Below are positions 12,339-26,399 of a stretch of 64,000 bases of DNA, piece by piece. The notes below the pieces were generated by a model. It was given only the letters and a program-made list of their open reading frames with translations. It was not told the origin of the DNA and did not search any database. Position 1 is the first letter of the stretch. Each line of letters starts with the position of its first letter. Source of the stretch: the human T2T-CHM13v2.0 reference genome, Homo sapiens; the NCBI RefSeq assembly GCF_009914755.1, contig NC_060934.1; one strand, 5' to 3'. A program made the position numbers and the translations under genes.

Positions 12339-12718
12339 CGCAAGGCTCTCGTGTTGGTTGGAACTCCGAGAGCGCCGACAGACAACACGAGGCGGTGTGG
12401 AGCGACAGGCTGTTTCAGCGAGCGCCCAGGTGCGGGCGGCTCGAGGCCTAAAATGGCGTCAGCACCAAATGAGGGCGGGGCAGGGGTTTTATGGTCTCCT
12501 GGAAACAGGAAGTGTCTCAGTCTGACGTAACTGCTACGCGGTACCCGGATGGCCTCTCTCCGGGTCTTCGGGGGTGCGCGTCTTCCGGCCGACCCTCCTC
12601 CTGCTCCTGCTATGTTGCTGACCCACGCTGCTGGCGCGAGTGGTCTTGCCCCTCGGGACCCGAGGAGGGAGGAGTTCTTCGTTCCCTTCAGCTTTCAGGC
12701 CCCAGGGAGAACCTTTCA
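12339..12718 (-). mobile_element. ERVL-class solo LTR (LTR18-like), 380 bp, CpG-rich
   Basis: Flanked by exact 5-bp TSD GTCAC (12334-12338, 12719-12723). Minus strand begins TGAAAGG...GGGGCCTGAAAGCT, as I recall for the LTR18 consensus. Confidence 0.85.
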
Positions 12719-13090
12719 GTCACAGGCAGCCTAGGTTCAAGAAGAAGAAAACCTGAGGCCTTGGCTCACCCTGACAGGGAAGTGGCGTGGGGACCGCTAA
12801 AGGACTGCGAGGTTCCACTGCCCAGGGCTGTCTAACCGCTTGCTTTAGACTGTGGGTGCACGGAGTCCGTCACTCAGCCTCCAGGACCAGGGCTCCTGAT
12901 GTGTGAGCGCGTTCCATTCCCACAAGAACCCTCGCTCCCGCGAAGGCCTCCTGAGCTTGCGTGACTCCGCTGGGCCTTGGAGAGCTCTGGGGAGGGAGGC
13001 GCCTCTCCAGCACCCAGATCCCCAGCCTGCAGCGCCTCGGGGCCAGTGTGGCCCGGAATGGCAGGTGAGTTTACAGGGGGGTCTCCGGGG
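12339..13090. promoter_or_regulatory. CpG-island-like candidate promoter/enhancer over the LTR and its right flank
   Basis: About 31 CpG in the 380-bp LTR. Motifs: YY1 AAAATGGCG 12450-12458, GC box ~12473-12481, ETS ACAGGAAGTG 12505-12514, bZIP TGACGTAA 12523-12530; donor GCAG|GTGAGT at 13065. Confidence 0.55.
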
Positions 13091-13794
13091 CCTTTCCTAA
13101 GTCTATAGACCCATGTCCTTTTGAGAATTCTGAATTGACTCCAAATGGAAGGCTTACCATGCGATTGAAAAAATCGAAACAAAACCGCAGGACCCTATTC
13201 GTCCCTGGCCTCCTCTGGCTCATGCTCTGTGCATTTGCTGGAACCCCTCTCTACTGCAGAGGTCACCAGGAGGGTCTGTGCGGGGTCTGGGGATGGGTAG
13301 CGAAGCGCAGTTTCCAGTCCTCCCAGCAGCAGCTGTTTTCCTGAGGGACTTTCTGGGACCCAGTGTGTTCCAGGTGGTGGATTCCTCTTTGTGTTTTACT
13401 GCTCGTGGTGAGGAAATAGGTGGAGGTTAGAACAGAGATCCCAAAACAGGACTGAATCCAAAGCAGGCTAGGGCAGGAGGTCTCACTGGTGTCCCAAACC
13501 ATCACCTCCAACGGGGGTCAAGAAGGGTCTGGAAGGCCTGGTGCAGTAATCGCCACTCAGGAGGAGGTGGAGGAGAGGGAAGGTCTGGGCATGGGAGGGC
13601 CCATTTTCCAGGGGGAGTTGTACTTGGTGAATCCTAAGATACAGGCCTGCTGCCGCTGCCTCTGCTGCCTTCAGAGCGTGCTCCGGGGCCTGAAGGTGGT
13701 GTGCTGTGCACCTTGGGAGCCATGCTTTATGAGTGCAAGAGGGAGTGACTAGGATGTATTTCAGCATGTCTCGCTTCTAAACTCATCACATCAT

Positions 13795-13925
13795 AGATGG
13801 GTTCCCAACCTGTGTGAGTGTCAGAATCACCTGAAGAGTTTTAAAGACGCAGGTTTCCAGGCCTGTGGCCAGCCTTGGAGAGCCCTAGGAGGGTGAGAGG
13901 GGTGGATCTGGCTGTGTTCATTTAA
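13795..13925. mobile_element. MER5-family DNA transposon fragment
   Basis: GGTTCCCAACCTG...TCAGAATCACCTGAAGAG...CAGGTTTCCAGGCC. Confidence 0.6.
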
Positions 13926-14056
13926 TAGTCCTATCACCATTGGCCATAGCCAATGGTATATAGTGTATCCATGTAACAGTCCTATCGTCACTGGCCGTCA
14001 GTATGTAGTGTGTTCGTTTAACAGTCCTATCGTCACTGGCCCTCGGTATATAGTGC
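13912..14056. repeat. Tandem triplication, ~45-50-bp unit (TTTAACAGTCCTATCGTCACTGGCC..GTATATAGTG)
   Basis: Three diverged copies read directly. Confidence 0.85.
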
Positions 14057-14133
14057 ACATATTTCAAAAATATTGGTTAATGTTTTACCCAGGTGAATTT
14101 GAAAAAGAAAACCAGAGAGAAAGCTGACATGCA

Positions 14134-14325
14134 GCAGTGCCCCCAAAGGTGGGGACTCCAACTCAGGGGCCACCTGGTTTAGTAGGGGCTTGTTGAAAAT
14201 GCAGGTTCCTGGGCCCCATCCCCAGCTACTGTATCTGCACCTCCTGGGCTGGGGCCCTACATGTGCGTGCTAAATGCATGCCCAGGGGATTTGGGGTCAG
14301 GGCCTGATGACAGCGGTGCTGGAAG
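14134..14325. mobile_element. MER5A-like DNA transposon
   Basis: CAGTGCCCCCAAAGGTG...CTTGTTGAAAATGCAGGTTCCTGGGCCCCATCCCCAG...GGGCTGGGGCCC. Confidence 0.7.
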
Positions 14326-15580
14326 CGACTGCAGACTGCTGCCTCCTGGGTCCTTCTGGGCTTCTGATTCTGTACCCTGTGGCCCAGGAGATACACACTG
14401 CCCTGAGAGGGCTGTACCGGCTGTTGGAGATGCGGCGCTCATTAATAATGCATTCCAGGGGTCAGCTGCAAGATTACCACTTAAAACAGAATCCTGCTAA
14501 CTTCTGACACAAAATCAATGCCATCAGCACCATCAGAAGCAGCCTGGGAGGTGAGGCCTTCGATGTACCCCCGTGGGCTGGGGTCACAGGACTGGTCCTG
14601 CTCGCTGGCAGCTCTATGAAAACCAGCTCCAGCTTCCTTGGAGGCCAAGAGGGCCCAGGCGGTGAATGGCTGGCCTGGCCATCCTGGGTGTCCTAACCTG
14701 GCCTGGCAAGGTGTGGCCTTGGCTGGTGGGGGAGGCCTGCAGGTGCAGAGGCACTTCATTGGTGGAGAGTGAAGTGGCAGGTGCAGAGGCACTTCACTGG
14801 TTGTTGCTTCCCCAGTCAGTTGCAGCCTGTTTGCACTAAACATCAGCTTCACGTTGACAGCAGAATCTGATGAGCTTTTGGACAGACAACCTTGGGAATC
14901 CCCACAGGCCCTGGAGGTGGTGTCGCATCCTGTCCTGGTTGCCTTCATTTTGTGCCCTTGCTTCATAGACCTTTATTTAGCAAATTTATTTGAGTCAAAG
15001 TTGACTTCCTTTTCAGCTTTGTCACACACTGCCGCTGGAGTGGGACTTGGCGTGGCTTTTCTGGAGGGCGACCTACATCAAGGGGCATGCATGCGCCCTT
15101 TGAGCTACAGATTTCTCAGCTGGGAATGAATTATGAATGTCCTTTAGCCTTGGCCGAGAGGGTGTACAGCTCTGCAGTGTTCCTGTCGGAAACTGGAAAT
15201 AGCCTGAGTGTTCTCCATTATGAATTAGTGCAAATGAAACACGGCTGAGCCTTACGGTGGCATAGGATGCAGTCATTAGAATACAACATTCGAAAAAGGA
15301 AGAGCTGGTCGTTTGGTAAAAGCTTGTAACAGATAAAGTTCTAAATGGCATCAAAAGAACAGACTTAGTAAATCTCATTTTGGTTAAAGATGAGAAATAA
15401 AAATAATACGCCTGAATATGTAGGTGTATATACATATGTGTCTGTGTACACGGATGAGTCTGTGGAAGTATATACCGTACACCAAAATGTCGGGGGGGCG
15501 TTTCTGGGTGGTGTGGTTACTTATAACTTCCATTTTCTTGTGTGTTTTAAAATGTTCTGTGATACAAATGTAGGTTTTAA

Positions 15581-15950
<370 letters not shown>

Positions 15951-16364
15951 TAGAATCCCCTTTCTTTTGGAGGGCGGTGATGCGCAGGTGCTGGGGAAGT
16001 ACATTCTGGAGCTCTTACGCAGAAGATGGTTTACACTGACATAGAGGCCGCCGCGCCTGGTGGCTGCCCTGTGGTCGCCCCTTGCTGGCTGCAGCTATCA
16101 GCCCTTCACACTGGGCGTGCAGTGGGGAATGTCCTCACTGGACTGGCGTGGTTGCATCTGGCACCGAGCTTTCTTTGTAGGGCTGTTGCCCGGCGCCAGC
16201 TCTTCTCCTGGGGGTGCTTTTGTGGTCCTCTGGACCCCCAGCTGCTAGGCTCACCTTCTGGTTGCCCTGTGCCCTGCCCAACTCTGCTTCCTTTTCTGGG
16301 TCAGCCATTTCCCAGCATCTCGGTCCCTCCTCCCGCGTGTCTATCTCCTTACCTGTATTCTCTT

Positions 16365-17300
<936 letters not shown>

Positions 17301-17964
17301 CATGATGATTTTGGAGGAGGGAGTACTTTTGGTCACCACGCCGCGCTGGTCTGAAACAGTCTGCCTGCACGTGTCCTAAAGCGACTGCACGTTTCTGTCT
17401 TGTGTTTGTTTCGTGGTGCTTGCAGCAGGTCTTTGTCAGGCCGGGAGGGAGGACCCAGGGTAGACGGCAGCTACTTTCTTGGCTGGCTCTTCTGTGGCCT
17501 CCACGAGACCTGACAGGACCTGCTCTGTGTGCTGGGGAGGTGCTGAGACGGTGACCAGGCCTGCTTGCTGGCCACGAGGCCAGGGCCTGGCTGAGAGGAG
17601 GGCTGCTTTGGACTGGGGCTTCTCTGTCCCAGAAGCCTCTGTGGGAGGGGCCCTTCCCAAGGGAGCTGTTGCTGCCAGATTTTGTCTGGAGTGGCTAAAG
17701 CCATGGTTGCCCATGATGGCGCTTGTCTTTGGCCACAGTGGGACTTGACTGCAGTCCCCTCCCTGGCCTGGGAAGCTGTGGCCTGCCCTAGAGCACTGGG
17801 ATTTTCCTTGTGATCTGGGTTCCTGACTTCGATTGCCTGATGAATTGTATCTGGATTTTGCCCATTTTATATATATATATATTTTTTTTTTTGTAGCCAA
17901 GGTAGACGCAGAGACAAAACCAGATCCTACTAGATCTGGCCGACAGGAATGGGAAGGCTGGACG

Positions 17965-18100
17965 GGACTTCAGAAATGATTTGACCCAAGCGCTAAGTTT
18001 TGCTGATGGGAAAGCTGAGGCCCATGTGGGGTAGGTGGCTGGTCCAGGGTCATGCAGCAGCTGTTACTAGGGTCAGGGCCGCTCACATTCTGCTCACTGG
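17965..18100 (-). mobile_element. MIR SINE fragment
   Basis: TTTGCTGATGGGAAAGCTGAGGCCCA...GGTCCAGGGTCATGCAGC. Confidence 0.6.
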
Positions 18101-18189
18101 CTCACCCCATGGCGTGTTCACTGGAGTCCTGTGTCGGGGGCCTGGAGGAGCAGTAGTGACAGCAGGTGCTCTCTGAGCTCTCACTCAGG

Positions 18190-18310
18190 CCCGGCACTGG
18201 GCCAAGCCTCACAACAGCCTGGGAGGCGGACCGGGCACTAACTGCCTTTTGCAGGTGAGGACACTGAGGCCAGAGAGGTGCAGTTTCTTGGTCGAGGTCA
18301 CACAGTGAGG
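18190..18310 (-). mobile_element. MIR SINE fragment
   Basis: CCTCACAACAGCCTGGGAGG...TTTTGCAGGTGAGGACACTGAGGCCAGAGAGG...GAGGTCACACAG. Confidence 0.75.
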
Positions 18311-18393
18311 CTGACTGCTTGATGTACAACCCTCGAGTCAGTCATGGGCCTCATGTTGGTATACATTCTTAAAAAGCATGCTTGGGAAGTAAG

Positions 18394-19138
<745 letters not shown>

Positions 19139-20213
19139 AGATTGAAAGGTTGCAACAAAGTTTAGAGAGATATAGAGAATAAACACATGTCAGCGAAGAG
19201 AGCCCCAGACAGAGAGGGACAGTTGTCCTCTGAAAGGCCCATGGCTGATGCTGGCCCTGCCAGCCTGAGGCCTGAGAGGCCATTGGCCCTGGAGGGATTT
19301 CTGCATGTAGGGAGCCGACCCAGAGCTTCTGCTGTGTGCTTGTGGGTGAAGGGCTGAGGGCAGGTGCAAGGGCCAAGGGCTTTCTGTTGCAGTTGGGACC
19401 AGTGGGCGCGAGGCACTCAGAGCGTTTGCGGGTCTTTGAGAAGTGTCTCCCAAACGGTGAATGGGCAGGCTGGGTGGAGGGCGTTGATTTAGGACACATT
19501 GCCTGTAGCAGGGCCCAATGGGGCTGGCCATCTATCACTTCTGCAGGGAACTTTCCACAGCAAGCATGTATCTTCACGTGGGGAAACCGCGCTCCCTGAC
19601 AATGTGTGGCCAGGGAGACATTTGTTCAGGGCTGAGGAAGTATCCTGCCATAAACTTCCTGCAAAATCACGGCTGTGTAACAGGCTCCCCATCACAAGGT
19701 GTATCTTTTTAATAATGTGATGTTTCCAGTAACTCTGGCTTGGCGGCCAGCCCTTGTCAGCTGTGAGCACACACACAGGTGGGAGTGCAGTGAATGGAAG
19801 GGCCCCCCTCCCAAAGCCTGCTAGCCACGGGGGACACAGTGGTGTCCCCACCGCAGCTTGAGCCTGCCCCCGTGGGCAGGATGATGGTGATCACAAGGCA
19901 CACATTTGGGTAAAACTCTGGCCAATAGTCACAGCAGAAGAAAAACATCTCTGCAATGGAGGAGGAGTCTCTGTTAGGCTTTATGTCAGCAGGCATCACA
20001 GATGTAACAGGTGAACGCAGGCATTGGGCCTGGTCAGCCCTGTGGAGTCCAAGCTCTGTGATGACACAGAGGGGCCGATGGTTTGAGGACCAGCCAGAAC
20101 ATCCCACATCAACAGAGGCATGGCCATAGACGCAAGACTCAGCTAATTGTCTTGCCAACCCCTGTACACAGTTGGCCTTTGTTGCTCCGTCTTGATTTTA
20201 GGATGCTCAGGAT

Positions 20214-20390
20214 GTGTGTGTCTAATACGTGTGTGTGTGTGTCTGTGTAGGTAACTGTGTGCAAATGCATATGTATGTGTGTGAATGGGTGTGTGTTAAG
20301 TTGAACATTCAGCCATGTTGACTACAACAATAGCATTGCTTATGGTTCAATCTGATATGTCTGTGTGAATGTGTGTATATTTTATGTTAC
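20214..20390. repeat. Degenerate (TG)n-rich tract
   Basis: Runs of GTGTGT and ATGT. Confidence 0.7.
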
Positions 20391-20991
20391 ATTTTAGAAA
20401 CAAGTCTTTTTCTGAATATAAAATATGAAAAATCTAGTGTAAGAATATGGAGCTAGAGAAAGGTGTGAAGAAGCAAGGGTTCCTCTGGGACCCCAGCACA
20501 TGTGACGACCCCTTGTAGCTTTTGATGTGTGTGTTTGACTCATACATTCACGTAAGGCAGTGGCGGACTCCTCCACTCCAGCTTTACATCCCTGTCAGGA
20601 CAAAGTCTTCATGCCCCCATACACGATGGCTGCAGGAGTAGTTCCTGAGCCCCCTGCCCATCCGTCTCCACTTATCTCTGCCCTCCTTGGTGCCCCTGAA
20701 GCCCAGCCTCTGAGGGCAGCATCTCCGGGGCTCTGTTCCCTCGCTGGCGGGGTTTAGGTTGGGCTCAGAGTTTAGGTTGAGGCCAGCTGGACATTGGGAG
20801 TGGGAGGAGAGCATGGGGAGTGTTCTTCCTGTTCCCTTGTGCTGTGGTGCCAGCCTCCCTTGGCAGCCTTTCCTTCTCACGGCTTGATTTCCCTGCACTG
20901 GTGGGCATGCTCTTCCTTTGGCCCTTGGCCTTTCTTTATGCCTTGGGAGGTAATGGCCGGCCTCTGGGTGTGTCTCCATCTCAGTCTGTGG

Positions 20992-21391
20992 TGTGACAGG
21001 TCTCCCACCAGGTTACTTAAGGGTATCTGTCCACTGCCTGAACCCTGAAGGCCGGGCAGTGAGCCAAGGTCATGGTGCCTGGCCCAGGAGCAGGTGTCCC
21101 TGAGAAACCAAACATCCTGGAGAGGATCTGAGAACCTACCAAGAAAAACAGTCTCATCATTCAAACACAGGAGGCAAAGAGCCAGAAAATTAGCTTAAAA
21201 GCAGCTTAGAGATGGGAGGCGGTGCGGATCTCTAGAGCAGTCCTGCTGCCACCCGGGAGTGCCCCAAAGATAAATCCTAATAAACAATGCATCTGCTCAC
21301 CAGACTGGACTGGCCCCAGTCATTCTTTGGTCTCTCAACATCTTTCTGGTGTAGGGGAAGGGTGTTACAGTCCCAAGTTTCTCTTGTAACA
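20992..21391 (+). mobile_element. Solo LTR (ERVL, LTR32-like; family tentative)
   Basis: TGTGACA...TGTAACA termini, internal AATAAA at ~21279, CCACCAGGTTACTTAAGGGT start. Confidence 0.65.
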
Positions 21392-22204
21392 AAGTTGTAA
21401 TTTGATTAGCGACTTTTCCTCTGGACCTCGTGGGGCGAGTTCTTTCTCCTGCAGGTCCTGACTGGCACAGTGCATCACAGATCTTAGCTCATTCAGCCGT
21501 CACGACCACTGTGTGACAGTGCCGTGGAAGTGTTCCCGTGGCTTGTGCTGTGTTAAGGTGTAGCTAACACCTGATCAGGGCTTGCTCTGCCAGGGGCAAG
21601 GGTAGGGTGTGCTGTCCACCCAGTGGTGTGGTTGTGACCACACCCAGGTGGTCTTCTCTGGCAGCAAGCAAAGCCGCAGCACTGGGCCCAGATGCCTGGA
21701 AATGCTCGTATGGACTTCTGTCCTCTGAAAGACCAGGAGTCTTAGGTGGTTGGCATCCAGATTTCATACAAAATGATTATGTATCCAATACCTTCTTGGA
21801 ATCCTCTCACCCCAGAGGGACACTCTCTGGCCATTCTCTAAAAGCCCAAAGCCACTCGTCTGCGAGTCAGGGCTTGTGGCTGCTGCAGGTACTGGTGTCC
21901 TCATTTCCTGAAGAGTTACGGCGAAGCACTCAAAGTCACACATTTTATAAATAGTCAAAGTGTAATTTGCAACCAGGTAATTTACATTTTATGTCTTTTT
22001 AAAAATACACTAGCGTGCCAATTATATAATTGTCTTCAACTTGCTCTGATTCTCCTTGTCCCCGGGGTCCCGTATCCCATGTGACTGCAAAACCACGACA
22101 GTCTCATCATGCAACAGGGCAGCACTGAGAGGGAACTGTTTACCCCTCCCTGTCTTCCTGGGAAACTGCTGTGGCCACGCATTTACAAAGATTCCAGAGA
22201 ATAG

Positions 22205-22551
<347 letters not shown>

Positions 22552-22849
22552 CTTTTTTTTTTTTCTTAAATGCAGCTGATTTAATCATTTGGATTAAAAC
22601 AAAAGCAAAACCAACCACTGTACCTGGTTGCTTTATTGAGTAACGGCAGCACCAGTGCCTCGTGTGAACCTGGGTTAGCAGAAGAAAACATGCCTGAGTG
22701 AGGGGCAGGCAGGGCTGAGGAGGGGCTGAGTGGGGAATTGCTAGTTAGTTTTTGGTTATTGTTAGGGAAGAAAGTGGAAGTGGTTCTCAACAAGAGACTT
22801 GGAAGACATCCCAAGTATGCCAAACCTCTATGCTTTTTTTTTTTTTTTA

Positions 22850-25140
22850 AGTAAACTTCATTTTGGAATAATCTTATATTTACAGAAAAGTTACAAAGAT
22901 GGTACAGAGAGTATCTGTGTGCCCCTTTCCTGGTTTCCCCTAATGTTGCATCTTCTTTTCCTGGTATATTTCTGAAAACTAAGACAGTGATGCTGGCACA
23001 TTACGATGAACTACGCTCCAGACTTCACTTGGGTTTCACTAGTTGTTTTTGTTTTCCAGGATCCAATTCAGGATATGATAATTGCGTTTGGTTGTCACGT
23101 CTCCTGAGTTTCCTCTGGTCTGTCACAATTTCTGAGACTTTCCTTGTCTTTAGTGAGCTCAGTAGCTTTGAGGAGTGCTGGCCATGCATTTCCTAGACCC
23201 TCCTTCTATTTTTCATTGTTTTTTTTTTTTGCTGGGGGGTGGAGGAAGACCATGGAGGTGAACTGTCCTCTTCATCACATCATGCCAGAGGGTCATACCC
23301 TCAACCTGACTCATCCCTGGGGATGGTGACCTTGACACTTGTTCAAGGTCACGTTTGCCAGGTTTTTCCACTGTCCAGCCACTTTCCCCCGCACGCAGAC
23401 TCTGTCCTTTGGAAGCAAGTGATTGAGCTCAGCCATTGCTCAGAGTGGGGAGGGGAAGTAAGCTCCACTCCTTGGAGAGGAAAATAGCTGCATAAATTAT
23501 TAAAAATTCTTCTGTAAAGAAGATCTCTCTTCTTCCCATTTATTTATTTATTCATCAATTTATCAGGCATTTATTTATATCACTAGGAACTCATGCATAT
23601 TTATTTGCTACTTTTGGTTGTGATTCGATCCTGTGTTATTTATTTTGTTGCTCACTCACATTGTTCCAGCTTTGGCTGTTGGATGGTTAGGTTTTCAGAT
23701 TGGGACCTGGGTCCTTTGACGTGTCCATCCTTTTGTTCTTTAGAGCTCTTCCTTTCTGGCACCAAAAGAGGCTCCACGCCCATTTCACATCTTCTCCATC
23801 CTGATCCCAGAATCAGTCATTTCTCCAAGCAGTCCCAGCTCCTTTTATTGAAGAATGGCATTTAGAAAACAACATGTTTGTAGGATATTGTTGCCTCTAG
23901 GTGCCCTCTGTCTAGAGTGAGAAAAACCTGAGTCCATGCTTATGTTCCTGCCTCTAATCCAGGGGTGCATGGCCCATCCTGGCCCTCCTTGTGCTTATCT
24001 GTCGTTGTCCTCTCTGCCAGTGAGGACCTGGCTGCCACCACCCACCCTTCTTTTACTTGTTTATTCCATGTCATATACGTGCAAAGCAGATTCAGATTTT
24101 TCAGCCCCTCTCCTGTGAGTAACAACTTTTCCAAGGAGAGTATAGTGATTATTTATGGCTGTTTTTGTCTTTAGCCTTAGAGCTTCCAGGCAAAACACCA
24201 TTTTCCAAAGTGCCGTAGGTCCGCTGCCCTTCCCCTTCTGACAGCTTACGTTGTGTGCTTGCAAGAGCTTCCCTCTTAGGGCCAGGTGCAGTGGCTCATG
24301 CCTGTAATCCCAGCACTTTGGGAGGCAGAGGTGGGCGGATCACGAGGTCAGAAGTTCGATACCATCCTGGCCAACATGATGAAAACCCATCTCTATTAAA
24401 AATTTAAAAAAAATTAGCCGGGCATGGTGGTGCACTCCTGTAATCAATCCCAGCTACTCAGGAGGCTGAGGCTTGAATCCGGGAGGCAGAGGTTGCAGTG
24501 AGACGAGATCATGCCATTGCACTCCAGCCTGGCTGACAGAGCGAGACTCTGTCTCAAAAAAAAAAGTGTTTTCCTCACTTGACCCAGCTTGCATTCCTTC
24601 CTGGCACCTTCTGTCTTCTCGGTTGGTTTTGTAAAATCTGTGTATGTGAACCTTCACTTTTGTGATGCACAGTCTTGTGGGTTTTGAGAACTGCCTGGGA
24701 TCTTGCCTCCACTGCCCTAGTGCTGCACAGAGAATTCCGTGCCCTTGGAATTCTGCTGTGCTTTCCCTTTGCAGTAGCCACACTGTCCTTTGCCAGTGCG
24801 GATGTGCTTCCCATCCCTTCCCAATGCCACGTGGGTGGGATCTACATGACGGGGCCTTGTTGGGCTGGCTCCTTCCACTTAGACCTGCCCCTGTTGTCGC
24901 ATGAATTAACAGCATGATCCTTTTGAGCCCTGGGCAGTATTCCATGGCATGGATGCACCAGTGTTTATCCATTCCCAGACTGAAGGACATCTTGATTGCC
25001 TCCAGTTTCTGAAGGTTATGAGTAAAGCTGCTATAAACATTGGACAGGTTTCTGTGTGAAAATAAGTCTTAAGTTCTCTGGGATAAATGAGTCCAGTTTG
25101 GGGCTGTGACTTGCATGGGCTATGGGGGCTTTTATAGCTT
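22850..25140 (-). mobile_element. L1MC/L1MD-like LINE 3' region, interrupted by an Alu
   Basis: TTTTGGAATAATCTTATATTTACAGAAAAGTTACAAAGATGGTACAGAG...; later GTATTCCATGGCATGGATGCACCAG...AAAGCTGCTATAAACATT. Confidence 0.8.
24280..24565 (+). mobile_element. Alu SINE (AluS-like)
   Basis: GGCCAGGTGCAGTGGCTCATGCCTGTAATCCC...GCGAGACTCTGTCTC plus A tail. Confidence 0.95.
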
Positions 25141-25424
25141 TGGGGAACATTCTGAGGCAGAAGAGAAGTGTTGAGTTGGAGAGGAGACACCCCACCCAAC
25201 CACTGCCCTGCTTGGCTTCCCTGGTCCTGAGTGAGCTTGCCCCTCCCGGGGATCCTGGAAGGCCTCTCCCATGGGCTGGCCTTTGAAGGAGTCGGAATGG
25301 ACACAGGAGGTGTCCACAGCAATGTGGTGTGATGGAGCCGATCCCTCAAAGGGAGGGACACAAGAGGAGCCAGCAGTGAGACCCTCAGTGACAACAGCCA
25401 GCATTTGGCAGCATCACTGATGTT

Positions 25425-25590
25425 GGCACTCTCCATGTGCTACTTTAATCATCCAGCAACTCTCTGCATGGGTGGGGTCAGCCTCACTGTCCTGCTGAGG
25501 AAACTGAGGCAGGCACAGGTGTGTTACCCACAGAAGTGCTCACTGCTGGCAAAGGTGGGGCTGGTATCTGAGCTGGCAACGGGGCTCTAG
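25425..25590 (-). mobile_element. MIR SINE fragment
   Basis: TTTAATCATCCAGCAACTCT...GCTGAGGAAACTGAGGC. Confidence 0.6.
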
Positions 25591-26002
25591 TGTTCATACC
25601 CATATGCATACATCCCACTGTCTCTCCTGGTCTGGGTGTCAGGGTTGGGCATTGGGAAGTTTTCCAAAGGCAGTGGGAAGCCATGGGGACATTTTAATTG
25701 GAGGAGTGACCTATTGGCTTTGTCTTTCAGAAAGGCCATACTGGCTCTGGATGGATTGGAGGTGCAGGCTGAATGGCTGGGGCAGGGGCTGTAGCTGTCC
25801 ACGTTGGGATCAGAGCTGTGACAGCAGGGGAGGAAGGAAGATGGGCTCAGTTATGGTGTGGGCAGTGTGTGGCAGGAGTGGGTGGCTAAGTACCTGTGGG
25901 GAGGGAGCTAGTGTCATCTAGAAGGACTCTAGGGTTCTGGTGAAGAGACATGTCGATTCTCTAAGGTGGTGAACGGTGGGGAGATGGGTTTGGCTTGGGG
26001 TG

Positions 26003-26244
26003 GGAGTTTGCTGAGCTGCCATAGCAAAGGACCACAGACTGGGTGACTTCAACCATGGAAATTTATTCCCCCAGAATTCTGGAGGATGGAAGTCTTATTG
26101 GACTAGGGACCCACCCTAGTGACCTCATTTAACTTTAACCATCTTTTTAAAGATCCTGTTTCCAAATGCAGTCCTGCTCTGAGGTACTGGGGGGTTAGGA
26201 CTTTGGCATGTAAGTTCTATGGGGACAAAGTTCAGCCCATAACA
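26003..26244 (-). mobile_element. MaLR LTR (MLT1A-like), internally deleted
   Basis: GCTGCCATAGCAAAGGACCACAGACTGGGTG joined to GGGACCCACCCTAGTGACCTCATTTAAC...GTTCAGCCCATAACA. Confidence 0.8.
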
Positions 26245-26399
26245 CTTATGAATTGGGTTAGAGCAGCCTGTGGGATGCACACGAGGAAATGGACTGGAGT
26301 GGCAATGCATATCTGGAGCTGGGGATAGAGGCTGGGGAGCAGGCAGTGTGTGATCCAAAGGGATTGGAGCTGAAAAACGTAAACTGCTCTCCCTCCTGC

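Noticed and set aside
13630-13720. Weak minus-strand resemblance to RPL23A (TTFRPRSTL..)
   Set aside because: Only a few residues, in-frame stops, no extension, tail or TSD; not a supportable pseudogene.
14093-14148. Possible exon (CCCAG|GTGAATTTG...AAAG|GTGGGG)
   Set aside because: Weak donor lying inside a MER5A end and a short pyrimidine tract.
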